From IMG/VR virus record IMGVR_UViG_3300042546_000155: DNA of 64,000 nucleotides, one strand, 5' to 3'. Of the stretch, positions 52,801 through 63,234 are shown one piece after another (the first letter of the stretch is position 1; each line of letters starts with the position of its first letter). The notes under the pieces are model-generated. The model saw only the letters and a list, made by a program, of their open reading frames with translations. It was not told the DNA's origin and ran no database searches. Origin of the DNA: a virus. A program made the translations under genes and the position numbers.

Positions 52801-53791
52801 GCTTGCTCTCCACAATATACTTTAGGCACATACGAACGGAGTCATCAACTTTCATCTTGGCTTCCCAACCAAGCTGTTCTTTGGCCTTGTCAACATTAGG
52901 GATACGAACCTTAACATCGTTCTCATACTCACCGACAGTTTCGTAAAGAGGATAGTAAGGTGTGAATAGCTGATATTCATTAGCAGCAACATCAATGATC
53001 TTTTCTGCTAGAACACGCATTGAGATTGGTTCTGGATTGCCTAGATTGTAAGTCTCATTGTCTGTCTTCTCCAAGAAGGAGTAATCTGCAATTGCCTGTG
53101 CTACTTCGTCAATCCATGTAAAGCAACGAACCTGTAGACCGTCGCCAATGATTGGAAGAGGCTTCTTCTTTTCGATTACGATGTTCTTAATGTAGTCGGC
53201 AAAAACATGAGAGATACCAACTTCCTCATCTTCGCTCTTTTCATATGGGGTGATGATGTTGAATGGACGCCAGATGGTGTATTTTAGACCATGCTGCTTA
53301 AAGTATGCTCTTGATACTCTTTCACCAACAAACTTAGATAGACCATAATCGGTTGATGGTGCTGGATACTGTTCAACAATATCTTCCGCAACTGGCTCAC
53401 CGATAACCTGTGGGCAGTTCTCATAGACCATAGAAGACGAAATATAAACTACCTTCTTAACATTGTGTGCAACGGCAGCACGAAGGACATTATCGTGTAG
53501 AGTAATGTCCTTATACATTTCACCGCAATACTTATTGAAGCCACCTACACCATAGATTGTAGCAGCGGCCTGAATGATATAGTCTGGCTTTACCTGTTCA
53601 ACAAGCCTATTAACACTAATACCATCTGTAAGATCACACTTGATAAAAGTATAATCTGTACCAGCATGTCCTAGGCGTTCACCATAACGGGCAAGGTTAT
53701 CAACACCATAAACAACATACTTCTTCTTTAGTAGCAGCGGGATAACCGCCTGCATTAGTGAGCCTTCACTTCCTGTAACCAAAATCTTCAT
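52793..53791 (-). CDS. NAD-dependent epimerase/dehydratase (extended SDR)
   Basis: TGSEG, SSSMVY, YGLSK, RPFN. Confidence 0.85.
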   Translation of the reverse strand: MKILVTGSEGSLMQAVIPLLLKKKYVVYGVDNLARYGERLGHAGTDYTFIKCDLTDGISVNRLVEQVKPDYIIQAAATIYGVGGFNKYCGEMYKDITLHDNVLRAAVAHNVKKVVYISSSMVYENCPQVIGEPVAEDIVEQYPAPSTDYGLSKFVGERVSRAYFKQHGLKYTIWRPFNIITPYEKSEDEEVGISHVFADYIKNIVIEKKKPLPIIGDGLQVRCFTWIDEVAQAIADYSFLEKTDNETYNLGNPEPISMRVLAEKIIDVAANEYQLFTPYYPLYETVGEYENDVKVRIPNVDKAKEQLGWEAKMKVDDSVRMCLKYIVESKHV

Positions 53792-55032
53792 AGCATATCT
53801 CCAACTTTATAAATGCCCGTATTACTTAGTTTACTTTCTGGGAACATTTTCCAAATATCAGCAACGACACAATGATGTTTAAATCTAGTGATCTTATAAC
53901 CCATTTTATCAGGGTCTGTAAAATCATCATGTGGCGTCATAACGATTACAGCATCAAACTTATTCTCTGCCGGAATGTTCATGTCTTCGATATGTAGGGG
54001 ATCTACAATCCATGCATCAACACCATGCTTTCTACAAACCTTCTTCATCTTGAATGATAGACTGTTACGAGTATCATCACAGCCCTTCTTAAAGGTAGCA
54101 CCTAGAATAAGAACCTTCTCTACCTCAGGGTTGATTTCTTTGATACGGTTAAAGACATAATCTGGCATGCCTTCATTGATAAGGAAGCTAGTTTGAATAA
54201 GGTCGCCGAAAGGAATATCAGAAAGAAGAAAGCGACCGTCCTTGAAAAGGCAAGGGCCTCCGACATTAGGTCCAGGATGAGGCACATCCATTCTCGGGTA
54301 ATCGAAATTACATGCGTCGATAACTTTGTCAATGTTCACTCCATGCTTTTCACCAATCATCCACATTTCATTGGCAAACGCAAAGGTAACATAACGATAC
54401 ATGTTAGTCATCAACTTGCCAAGTTCTGCCTCACGAGGAGTCAGTTGGAAGATTTCATTGTTAATAAAGGATCTAAAAAAGTTTTTAGCAACCCTAAACG
54501 AAAAATCATTGAATGCACCCACGATCTGTGGCAACTTAGTCGTTTCAATGATTGACTTGCCCTGAACAACACGCTCAGGACAAAACACTAGATAATAATC
54601 GATACCCTCAATCCATCCATGCTTCTGAAAGTGCTTACGAAGAACCTCAGTTGTGCCTGGTGATACAGTTGATCTTAGAACAATCAACTGGTGTTTCTTC
54701 ATACGAGAAACAAGATTATCGTCAATAAAATTAAAAAGATCATCAAGTCTTGCATTGCCTTCTCCATCTACCGGTGTGCCAATCATGATAGCAACCACAT
54801 CAGCATCTTGAATGAAGTCAAAGTCTGTAGAAAACAGTAGTCGCTCTTTCTGTAAATTGTCTCTTAGAATATCAGCAGCACCTTCTTCAATATATGGTAC
54901 AATACCTTTGTTGAGCATATCGACCGCTGCCTGGTTAACATCAATACCATAAACTGTATGTCCTGCTTCTGCTAGAACACAAGAGAATGGAAAGCCAACA
55001 TGTCCACCTGCGCCAATAACTGCTACCTTCAT
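53788..55032 (-). CDS. Nucleotide-sugar 6-dehydrogenase (WecC/Ugd family)
   Basis: GAGGHVG, STVSPGTT, CPER, GGPCL.KD, DTRNS. Confidence 0.9.
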   Translation of the reverse strand: MKVAVIGAGGHVGFPFSCVLAEAGHTVYGIDVNQAAVDMLNKGIVPYIEEGAADILRDNLQKERLLFSTDFDFIQDADVVAIMIGTPVDGEGNARLDDLFNFIDDNLVSRMKKHQLIVLRSTVSPGTTEVLRKHFQKHGWIEGIDYYLVFCPERVVQGKSIIETTKLPQIVGAFNDFSFRVAKNFFRSFINNEIFQLTPREAELGKLMTNMYRYVTFAFANEMWMIGEKHGVNIDKVIDACNFDYPRMDVPHPGPNVGGPCLFKDGRFLLSDIPFGDLIQTSFLINEGMPDYVFNRIKEINPEVEKVLILGATFKKGCDDTRNSLSFKMKKVCRKHGVDAWIVDPLHIEDMNIPAENKFDAVIVMTPHDDFTDPDKMGYKITRFKHHCVVADIWKMFPESKLSNTGIYKVGDML

Positions 55033-55796
55033 GCGTATAATCTCCTTGGTGTAATTGTAAAAGCAGGATTATCTTTTACGCCTTCAACATTAAACATCTT
55101 AGTATCCTTTAGATGCGTCACCCACTGTTCATCCTTATAACGAAGTGGACAATACTTCAACCATTGATCGGTAGCATTTGCTTGAACAAGGTGCCACCAA
55201 TCATTCGTTTCAGGATCGGGAAGCCTTCTTATATGGGAAGACTTAGCCCACCAAAAGTTTCCGCTATAATGCGGTATCGGATCATTGCTATAGTTTACAC
55301 CAGATACATCATACTTGTCAAGCCTTTTTACGCATTCCTCCCACTTCTCTAGAACACCCCAATTAAGGTATTGCCTCCAATAAACACTTCGCTTGAAAGC
55401 CTTCATATCAGAATTGTTTAGGAGCTTATCCGTTCCTGTAATTGCCTTAGAGTGGAAATACAGGACATTGAAATCACCTCTTTGACATTCTTGCCACAAC
55501 CGTTTCAATGTAATGACTTCGGTTGTTGATGTGGATTCTATCAGTGATAGCATGTCGCAATCATTCTTGTGTGAATTGTTTACGAAATGGATTTCTAGAT
55601 TGTTGAAGTTGTATGATTCGCATAGTTCTTTAAAATAATGTGTGCGTCTATCATCCTGCGTTATGGCAGTAATGATGAAGCGGTCTAGGTTTTCCACTAG
55701 ACCACTATCTTCCATTATCTTAAACTGCTCCATAACAACAGACAACCATATGGCGGGATTGTCTGTTAGATATGTGTGATAATATCCTATGTTCAT
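55029..55796 (-). CDS. Putative glycosyltransferase-like protein
   Basis: LYFHSK...HYSGNFWWA...EQW pattern; position in the sugar cluster. Confidence 0.55.
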   Translation of the reverse strand: MNIGYYHTYLTDNPAIWLSVVMEQFKIMEDSGLVENLDRFIITAITQDDRRTHYFKELCESYNFNNLEIHFVNNSHKNDCDMLSLIESTSTTEVITLKRLWQECQRGDFNVLYFHSKAITGTDKLLNNSDMKAFKRSVYWRQYLNWGVLEKWEECVKRLDKYDVSGVNYSNDPIPHYSGNFWWAKSSHIRRLPDPETNDWWHLVQANATDQWLKYCPLRYKDEQWVTHLKDTKMFNVEGVKDNPAFTITPRRLYA

Positions 55797-57007
55797 TCTA
55801 CAATTTCAAATGTTGGGAAGTACCGAACAAAGATATCCTTGTGTGTATGTGCAGGTCTAACAGACTTGACCTTCTTAACAATCTCATCATAGAAATTCCA
55901 TGCGAGAGGAATGAAGCAAACAGGCTGCTTCTCAAAGTAGTTAAGAGTTAGATAGTTCAAAGGATAGATTGGTGCTGCTACGCCAGGCGTGAACTTCAAT
56001 TGCTTTAGAGGATTTTCATCAATGATGAAATCAGGCTTCTCATTAGCAAAGTTCAATAGTGTGTTACCCTTTGCTGCTGCTCCAAACCCAACAACAGGAA
56101 TGCCACGATCACGATACAAACGAATTGTTCTCGCAAACAACTCCGCTACCTTATAGCACTTTTCGGCATACTCTGTATATGTCTTAGGATCATATAGACC
56201 AAGTTTTGCTTCTTCATCAATAAGGTTCTTAACTTTTTGACTGAATGTCATATCTTTTGAAATGACAAAGATGTAACTTGTGCCGTGAATAGGATGCTTT
56301 AGAACATCAATCAAGTTTAAACCAGCACGACGACATAGAGCCTGTGCCGAATAGATATTATAGAATGATACATGCTCATGGTAAATCGTATCAAACTCAC
56401 CATTTAGAATCATGTCTGCCTGTGATGTGGTGCAGAAGATTAGTCCATCATTACTCAGTCTATCACGAGCATGTTTCAATAGTTCTAACTGATTAGCATT
56501 ATGAGCGAAGGCATTCATACAAGTAATGATATCAAACTTGATACCTGGATATTCTTGTCCTGTGAAGAAACCACAATGAACATTATGATTCTTAGAAGAA
56601 ACAGGATACAAGTTCTCAGCAGGATCGACACCATATGTTGTTGCGCCAGTTCCACCCCATGCATTTAGAAATGAACCATCGTTACAACCAATGTCTAATA
56701 CCGTCCTTGGAGTCGATCCTTTGATCTTAACGATCTGATCAACGAACCAATCAAAGTAATCTAGTTGCGTCTTAGCTGTTCCAGACACATAGGCATAGTC
56801 CTTGAACATAAGTTCTGGATTGACCTGATGCGTCAATTGCACATGATAACAATGTGTGCATCTATTGATAGCAAGAGGGAATGTCTGTTCGGGATCATTC
56901 TCATGATCCTTATATGAATTGGCAAGGGGTTGATGCCCTAGATCCAATACAGGAACTAGAGCATCAGAGCCACAAGCAATGCAATGTGTGATAGGTGTGC
57001 AATCCAT
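55793..57007 (-). CDS. NDP-hexose C3-methyltransferase family protein
   Basis: CxxC...LGxQPLAN...CxxC, DIGCNDG, YHEH, GAAAKG. Confidence 0.88.
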   Translation of the reverse strand: MDCTPITHCIACGSDALVPVLDLGHQPLANSYKDHENDPEQTFPLAINRCTHCYHVQLTHQVNPELMFKDYAYVSGTAKTQLDYFDWFVDQIVKIKGSTPRTVLDIGCNDGSFLNAWGGTGATTYGVDPAENLYPVSSKNHNVHCGFFTGQEYPGIKFDIITCMNAFAHNANQLELLKHARDRLSNDGLIFCTTSQADMILNGEFDTIYHEHVSFYNIYSAQALCRRAGLNLIDVLKHPIHGTSYIFVISKDMTFSQKVKNLIDEEAKLGLYDPKTYTEYAEKCYKVAELFARTIRLYRDRGIPVVGFGAAAKGNTLLNFANEKPDFIIDENPLKQLKFTPGVAAPIYPLNYLTLNYFEKQPVCFIPLAWNFYDEIVKKVKSVRPAHTHKDIFVRYFPTFEIVE

Positions 57008-57008
57008 A

Positions 57009-58046
57009 TTACTCTCCCAACCAACGTGGATTATCTAGATACCACTTAGTTACTTCTTCGATTCGTTGCGAAAGAGCGATCTTAGGCTCCCAACCAAGAC
57101 TGCGCATAAGCTCACCAGAAAGAGCATAGCGAAGATCATGACCGGGCCTGCTACTGTGAAAGTCAACCATTTCATAATTAAGTTCCTTACCCTGGGATTT
57201 AGCGATCATCTTAGCGAGTGTTAGATTATCAATCTCTTCCTTGCCTACGATGTTAAACTTGGCACACATTGGCTGATTGAAAATCTTATGTGGCGATTCA
57301 GGCTTCTTTGTAATGAGGAAGTGAATAGCATCGGCAACATCACGAGCATGAATGTAGAAACGAGAACCAGCCTCAGTCTTTTCTGCATTAGAGTGAATAT
57401 AAATCTTCTCACCCTTACGAACTCGATTGATACAAAGAGGAATGAACTTCTCTGGTGTCTGTCTCTCACCAAACACATTCATTGTATGAGTAATCATCAT
57501 GGGAATCTTGTATGTGTTCTCATATGCTACACATAGTTCCTCGGCTGCTGCCTTAGATGCAGAATAAGGATTGGTTGAGTTATAACGATCATACTCGCCA
57601 TATGCTACGCCAGGAGGTGCTGAACCAAAGATTTCATCGGTAGAGAAATATAGAAATGTCTCTAGTGGCTTCTCTAGCTTACGAGCATACTCCAATAGAT
57701 GGGCAGTTCCCATTGTATTGTCATTGATACATTCTAGAGGGTGTGTAATAGAACGATCAACATGAGAAGAAGCCGCTAGATGCAGAATGATATCCACATC
57801 ACCAATGAAACTAGCAGTAAGAGGATTGATCTCTGCCTTTAGGTCGGAGAATACCGTGCGGATACGCTTGCGTTGCTCTGGCGTCTTTGTATCAAGAACC
57901 TCAGCAATACGGTTTAGATTGCCCGAATAATCTAGGCGATCTAGGGTAATGATATTCCAATCTGTCCTATCAAGTAGAACATCAATAACATGATGGGCAA
58001 TAAATCCGCATCCACCTGTGATCAAAACATTCTTGCTCATATTCAT
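57009..58046 (-). CDS. rmlB: dTDP-glucose 4,6-dehydratase-like
   Basis: TGGCGFI, AASSHVDRS, STDE, YSASK, RPGHDLRY. Confidence 0.87.
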   Translation of the reverse strand: MNMSKNVLITGGCGFIAHHVIDVLLDRTDWNIITLDRLDYSGNLNRIAEVLDTKTPEQRKRIRTVFSDLKAEINPLTASFIGDVDIILHLAASSHVDRSITHPLECINDNTMGTAHLLEYARKLEKPLETFLYFSTDEIFGSAPPGVAYGEYDRYNSTNPYSASKAAAEELCVAYENTYKIPMMITHTMNVFGERQTPEKFIPLCINRVRKGEKIYIHSNAEKTEAGSRFYIHARDVADAIHFLITKKPESPHKIFNQPMCAKFNIVGKEEIDNLTLAKMIAKSQGKELNYEMVDFHSSRPGHDLRYALSGELMRSLGWEPKIALSQRIEEVTKWYLDNPRWLGE

Positions 58047-58714
58047 TCCTTATTCAGTGGCGGGAATACTGTTTTCATATTCACCTTGCCAAACTTTTCA
58101 AACACGACTACACTATCATAAAAGTAAACACCTGTCAAGCCTTCACCGATAGCATACTTCTTTTCGAGAACATCTGTGCTGCTTTCCTTCCATGAGTAAT
58201 GTAGCACATCAATGTAATCTTTGGCATATTCAATGAATGTGCCTGGACGATTTAGTCCTCCGCCATTGTAAGGCATATAACTTGTGTGGCAATCTTCGCA
58301 AATGAAGATACTACCAACAGGCATCTTGGGAAAGACTTTTTCGAAGGTAAGGATCTGCTGATCCATAAAGTGTCCACCATCATCAATGAATACATCAATC
58401 TTGGTATGCTTAGTTAGAAAGTCATCCCAAAACTTGGCGTCACCCTGATCACCAATTACAACATCGATATTCTTTTCCTTATACTGTAACTTAGCACATT
58501 CAGTATCAACATCAACACCAGTGATATGCATCTGTGCGCCGAAATAGTTAGACCACATTTCTAGTGATCCGCCTCGCTGCACACCAACTTCTACCATGTT
58601 AAACTTCTTACCGATATAGCGGCTCAAATGTCTTTCGTAAATGTCAAAGTATGGTTCCCACTTATCGGATGAATGTGTCACATTATCAAAACATTTTCTA
58701 AGGGTCGTCATCAT
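58043..58714 (-). CDS. Class I SAM-dependent (sugar O-)methyltransferase
   Basis: EVGVQRGGS, GDQ, IDDGGH, ED. Confidence 0.82.
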   Translation of the reverse strand: MMTTLRKCFDNVTHSSDKWEPYFDIYERHLSRYIGKKFNMVEVGVQRGGSLEMWSNYFGAQMHITGVDVDTECAKLQYKEKNIDVVIGDQGDAKFWDDFLTKHTKIDVFIDDGGHFMDQQILTFEKVFPKMPVGSIFICEDCHTSYMPYNGGGLNRPGTFIEYAKDYIDVLHYSWKESSTDVLEKKYAIGEGLTGVYFYDSVVVFEKFGKVNMKTVFPPLNKE

Positions 58715-58720
58715 AATCTC

Positions 58721-59461
58721 CTAACTAAACTTGTATGCTTTTAATGTCTGTTGAACATCTGAATACTGGTAATCAATACCAAATTCTTCTTTCATATATC
58801 TAGGAAAGAAATCTCTCATGAGATAATCCATTTCATTAAATGCGGCAGTCTTATCATACATGCTACTTTCTGGAACCATATGTCTAGCAGTTGAGGCATG
58901 AACGACATGGGCAGTTGCTTGTAGGTAATAACAAAGAACTTTATCAATTCCCCAACTTGCTTCCCAGTTGAGTGTATCTTTACTATAGTCTTCGATGAAA
59001 CGAATCACCTTACGAAAGATATCATTTCTAAAGAATGGAATACCAATCTCGATAAAGTTCGTTTCAGCAAACACCCATTCAGGATTATGCTTCAAACAAT
59101 CATAAGTCTGAAACGAAGTTGTCGCCTGCTGGAACAAACGAAAGTCAAACTTCCTCGCCAAATCTAATGCGAGATTTACAGACCGAATGTCTGTTACATA
59201 ATCGTCATCCCAGAAGCCGATATAATCATAATCTTCCCACTTGATGATCTTAGACAACTCAGGAAGGATCTTCCACTTGAAGCCTTTATGTTCAACTAGA
59301 AAGTCATATGTGTCGGGCTCCGGCTCAAAATCATTGTAGAGAACAAGACAGGTATCATATGTGCGTTCAGGCTTAGTGTAACGCCAATGATTGTCCTTTT
59401 CATAGTCCTCATGGAAGTATAGAGGGCGGCCTGTGGGGGAAATAATTAATGCTTTATTCAT
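58721..59461 (-). CDS. GT-A fold glycosyltransferase (DUF707-like)
   Basis: YDYIGFWDDD, FIE...P, WGID. Confidence 0.7.
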   Translation of the reverse strand: MNKALIISPTGRPLYFHEDYEKDNHWRYTKPERTYDTCLVLYNDFEPEPDTYDFLVEHKGFKWKILPELSKIIKWEDYDYIGFWDDDYVTDIRSVNLALDLARKFDFRLFQQATTSFQTYDCLKHNPEWVFAETNFIEIGIPFFRNDIFRKVIRFIEDYSKDTLNWEASWGIDKVLCYYLQATAHVVHASTARHMVPESSMYDKTAAFNEMDYLMRDFFPRYMKEEFGIDYQYSDVQQTLKAYKFS

Positions 59462-60311
59462 TGATCACACCTTGATATACATTTTGTTCAAACCAGTTTA
59501 GAAAACGGTCTTCGTTAAAGTTTCTTTGATGCTCATCGTCACGAAACATAGGTTGCATATACATTTCGTTGTAAGCATCCTTATTACTATCTAGTTCAAT
59601 TATTTTATTGATAAACTCTAGATCAGATGCATAGTCATAGCGATTGAGAAATGCCTTAGGGTTGAAGTCTAACGCAACAGTCGGTGAACCCCAATAGATT
59701 GGAACAGTCTTGGCACACAAAGCCTCAAATAGTTTCTCTGTGCAATAGCCAGGATACGAACTATTCTCAAAGCAAAGATTGAATCTATAATTGCTCATAA
59801 ACTTAACCTTCTCTACCACATCGGCAGGCGTCCATCCATTCATGTTATTGAATAGAGGACCACCAGCATCGATACGCTTATATCGTGACACTGTATGAAA
59901 GTAGGCGTTACGATATTCGCATCCAGGATTTCTAACAACAAACGAACAAAATTCACTGTTGTCATAATCGTCAACAGTCCTTGTCTCTCTATCTCTTAGT
60001 ATATGATGATCATACTCATAAATCAAATAGAGAGGTAGTCGATACATCTTGTTTGAAACAGGATGATCGAAAGACATAGCAAAGTGGCAATCATAATCGT
60101 GAGGACGCTGGTTCTCACCTGTGTAGAAGATACGAACACAGTTCTTAAATCTTCCATTAGTGTCACCAAAGTTTCTATCACCAAATATGAGATAGTCCGG
60201 GCGCTCATCGTCCCGGACTACATTGTATCGTTTTGACAAAACATCGGTGAAGTAGTTTTTTACTCCATCGATGGTGTCAGCAAATCCTAGTTTTAGTTGC
60301 TTGTCTGAAAT
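59454..60311 (-). CDS. GT10 alpha-1,3-fucosyltransferase-like, probable ATT start
   Basis: YTGEN, YRFNLCFENS..GY.TEK...PIYWG; frame is open back to ATT 60311, 7 nt after AAGGAG. Confidence 0.85.
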   Translation of the reverse strand: MSDKQLKLGFADTIDGVKNYFTDVLSKRYNVVRDDERPDYLIFGDRNFGDTNGRFKNCVRIFYTGENQRPHDYDCHFAMSFDHPVSNKMYRLPLYLIYEYDHHILRDRETRTVDDYDNSEFCSFVVRNPGCEYRNAYFHTVSRYKRIDAGGPLFNNMNGWTPADVVEKVKFMSNYRFNLCFENSSYPGYCTEKLFEALCAKTVPIYWGSPTVALDFNPKAFLNRYDYASDLEFINKIIELDSNKDAYNEMYMQPMFRDDEHQRNFNEDRFLNWFEQNVYQGVINE

Positions 60312-61231
60312 GATATGACTCCTTCACCAGCTTCATCACCATAAAACTTTAAAACTTTTTCTTTCAGTTCAGGAACTCGATCCCACTGGTGAACAATACA
60401 ATACTTATCACCCTTTGGTGTGGCGACAATATGATCATTGATCACAGGCTGAACATCACGGTAGTTCTTATCATACTGCTCTAGCTGCTTAGGATCAGTC
60501 TTTGCTCTCTGTCCAATTTCACCAAAGCCTGCCTCAACAGCCTTGCGAATTGTACCTAACTGAATAGCCCAACCATCTTCGTTTGTCGATTTCTGAATCT
60601 CTGCACTGTAAGGTAACTGATTAACAATGAAGTTAAACACTGCCTGATCGACAATCGGTGTATGACGGTTGATAGATAGCTGGAAGATCATGAGCAATAG
60701 AGCGGCAACATCTTCTGACATACCTGCAATCGTTCCTACATTGTAAATCATTTCTTCACGATAGATATTATGAAAGAAAGGCCCGAAGGTGTCAAGCAGG
60801 TTCTTATCACCCCATGGCTCATCTTTATATAGAAGGCCTTCGGATGAACAGATTAGAGAGTTTGTTACCTTTAGATTCTCAAGGAGAAAGTCAGAAGGGT
60901 TTGTCTGAAAGATAACATCCCTTGTATCAGTTACCACAACATATCTATAGTTTTCACGATGCTCGTTTAGAAAACCCCATAGATAGAAAAATCTTTCAAC
61001 ATGTGGCGCTAGGCGTGTCTCACTCTTAAATCCACCATTACCATCTGGTACACCATAAGCATACACGGTAACATTCTTCTTAGATAGCTTATCGATTGTT
61101 TCTTTTGTAATGTTGGTAGCACAGATAACGATATCACCTGAGAACTCGGTTTGCTTGATTGAGTTAACCCAGTATTGTAGCTTTTCGTAATCGTAGTTTG
61201 ATGCCCCGCCGATGATCAGGTCTTTTTCCAT
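60293..61231 (-). CDS. GT-A fold glycosyltransferase-like
   Basis: TDTRDVIFQ, NxG, DQAxxN, VHQWDR. Confidence 0.7.
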   Translation of the reverse strand: MEKDLIIGGASNYDYEKLQYWVNSIKQTEFSGDIVICATNITKETIDKLSKKNVTVYAYGVPDGNGGFKSETRLAPHVERFFYLWGFLNEHRENYRYVVVTDTRDVIFQTNPSDFLLENLKVTNSLICSSEGLLYKDEPWGDKNLLDTFGPFFHNIYREEMIYNVGTIAGMSEDVAALLLMIFQLSINRHTPIVDQAVFNFIVNQLPYSAEIQKSTNEDGWAIQLGTIRKAVEAGFGEIGQRAKTDPKQLEQYDKNYRDVQPVINDHIVATPKGDKYCIVHQWDRVPELKEKVLKFYGDEAGEGVISFQTSN

Positions 61232-61971
61232 GGAAATTTGCCCCCATAATATGCTTCTTGTGTCTTGTTACCTTCATCGAAAAATTCTTTGGTAACTGAA
61301 TTAGGATTGCCATCTAGACGATAGCAAAGTGTATGCTTGCCGTTTGTATCATATCGACAATGATCTTTTACACCATAGTAATAGATACGATCACCACCCC
61401 AACCGGCATGCCATAGATGACATGTCTTCTGGATAAACTCTCTGCGGAAACAGAAAGAAGATGTATCGATTAGATAGTGCTTACCATGAGGAGAACCACG
61501 AGACAGAAAGATTTCCCACTTGCCTAGACTCTCACAGTTATCGTCACAAAGATAATCTCTTGTAGGAGAGAAAATCTTACGAAGTGAATATGCAAAGTCT
61601 AATTGCTTAGTTTCGATTGTCTCAATAAGAGTGGCGACATGATCTGGTTCATACCAGTTATCTTCATCTAGAAAGAGAACATATTCTGAGTTGAGAAGAT
61701 GCGGCATTGCAGCATAGATACGATGCCCGTAGAAGTCACCGCCAGTCTTACCTGTGTTCTCTGGAAGAATGGTGATTTCATATCTATCACGATCAATGCC
61801 AGAGAATGCTTCCGTGTCTGCAACATTATCACTGTATTGAGGTCCATCAATAACGATATAATGCTTACACTTGTAAGTCTGATTTGCTACAGACTTCATA
61901 GCATCAACTAGTTTAGGAGAACCGATTGTAGGTGTGATAACCGCTACAGGCTTTTCGATTACAAGTTTCAT
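61216..61971 (-). CDS. GT2-family glycosyltransferase
   Basis: AVITPT, SV.NQTY, IDG, FLDEDN. Confidence 0.85.
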   Translation of the reverse strand: MKLVIEKPVAVITPTIGSPKLVDAMKSVANQTYKCKHYIVIDGPQYSDNVADTEAFSGIDRDRYEITILPENTGKTGGDFYGHRIYAAMPHLLNSEYVLFLDEDNWYEPDHVATLIETIETKQLDFAYSLRKIFSPTRDYLCDDNCESLGKWEIFLSRGSPHGKHYLIDTSSFCFRREFIQKTCHLWHAGWGGDRIYYYGVKDHCRYDTNGKHTLCYRLDGNPNSVTKEFFDEGNKTQEAYYGGKFPWKKT

Positions 61972-62537
61972 TTCACTGTTGCCCAAAGAACATCGTTTCT
62001 TTCATGACCATCAAGGTAGTGAATATTGTAGTTTGGATTGATCTTCTTAATCCGTTCTACAGCATCTTCTTTAGTAACGAAAGACCATTCTGCTGAACCG
62101 AACAAACGACAGTCATCAATGATAATGGTATGATCGTTACGACCGGTTGCTGCAATGATATCTAGTTCATCCAATACAGGAGAACCACCAGACTTACCAC
62201 CAGGAAGCGGTCCCGAAGCATGTGCATCTAGCCAGAATGTAGCAGGTCCTTCTAACTTTGAAACGATTTCCTTGAGACAATCAATAGAGTCACCCTGATG
62301 ACAAACTACCTCTGTATTCTTACTAAAGTTTTCAACGGCATTGTCATACAGTTGCTTGTCTAGTTCGATTGTATGGATTGTTTTGAATAGATTAGTTTTG
62401 AGGACCATTGAAACTGTATCACCATGATAGGTTCCTGTTTCAATGAATGTATCGCCGTTCTTATACTTCTCTAGATTTTCTTTAGAAATGTGAATGTCGG
62501 GACGAACATATTCTGTATCAATAATTGTAAGCTGCAT
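61968..62537 (-). CDS. SAM-dependent methyltransferase-like protein
   Basis: FIETGTYHG, IELD, GDS, FWLDAH, IIDD. Confidence 0.75.
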   Translation of the reverse strand: MQLTIIDTEYVRPDIHISKENLEKYKNGDTFIETGTYHGDTVSMVLKTNLFKTIHTIELDKQLYDNAVENFSKNTEVVCHQGDSIDCLKEIVSKLEGPATFWLDAHASGPLPGGKSGGSPVLDELDIIAATGRNDHTIIIDDCRLFGSAEWSFVTKEDAVERIKKINPNYNIHYLDGHERNDVLWATVK

Positions 62538-62550
62538 AATCTACCTCATA

Positions 62551-62590
62551 TAAAAGAAGGCCGGGACTTGTATGAACAGAGGTCCCGACC
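62551..62590 (-). terminator. Terminator-like hairpin after hsp20
   Basis: GGTCGGGAC...GTCCCGGCC-TTCTTTT. Confidence 0.65.
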
Positions 62591-62608
62591 GTGTTATTTT
62601 TATTTATA

Positions 62609-63151
62609 TCACTTAGGTGTTAGCGAGTCCGCAATCTTCTGGACGCCATCCGCCCACGCTTTCGTACCCTCGTTGAGAAGCTGCCTCGTCGTCTCCCCGA
62701 CGCCGAACGGATCCAAGATATCGATTTTCTTAGCCTTCTTCTCCTCGGGAATATAGCGTTCAAGAGCGATTTTAAGTAGACCATTGACCAACTCCGCATT
62801 TTTTACAACAACAGTGTCAGCAAGAGTGAACTTGCGAGTAAAGGCACGATTTGCAATGCCTTGATAGATGTAATCGTTTTCCTCGGCTTCATGTGAACCA
62901 GTAATAGTTAGTTCACCTTCCTTCAATTCAATATCAAGGTTCTGCTTGCCGAAACCAGCAACAGCCATTTCGATCACAAAATGTTCATCATCAATCTTTT
63001 TGATATTGTATGGAGGGTAATTAGATGCCTTTGCCAATTGTTCATTAGAACGGCGCAAAGTATCTAGAATGGCATCAAAGCCGATAAATTGACGGGATAG
63101 CGAATCAGGAATACCAAAGTTATCGGTATTGAATTTCTTGAAAGTTTCCAT
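62609..63151 (-). CDS. hsp20: Small heat-shock protein (Hsp20/IbpA-like)
   Basis: NYPPYNI, EMAVAGF, GIANRAFTRKF, NGLLKI. Confidence 0.93.
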   Translation of the reverse strand: METFKKFNTDNFGIPDSLSRQFIGFDAILDTLRRSNEQLAKASNYPPYNIKKIDDEHFVIEMAVAGFGKQNLDIELKEGELTITGSHEAEENDYIYQGIANRAFTRKFTLADTVVVKNAELVNGLLKIALERYIPEEKKAKKIDILDPFGVGETTRQLLNEGTKAWADGVQKIADSLTPK

Positions 63152-63156
63152 GTGTT

Positions 63157-63204
63157 TCTCCTTTTCAGCGAGATTATAAAAGACGATACCTTTCGGCTAT
63201 CATC
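63157..63204 (-). promoter_or_regulatory. ROSE-like RNA thermometer in the hsp20 leader
   Basis: UCUCGCU-gaaa-AGGAGA hairpin over the SD plus an upstream hairpin; promoter TTGACA-N18-TATAAT at 63209..63238. Confidence 0.6.
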
Positions 63205-63234
63205 ATACATTATATAGTAAACATCGGGTGATTG

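Noticed and set aside
24535-60311. Nod-factor-like pathway (carbamoyl-, fucosyl- and methyltransferases)
   Set aside because: No NodA/B/C homologs, the fucosyltransferase is GT10 rather than NodZ-type, and the genes are far apart.
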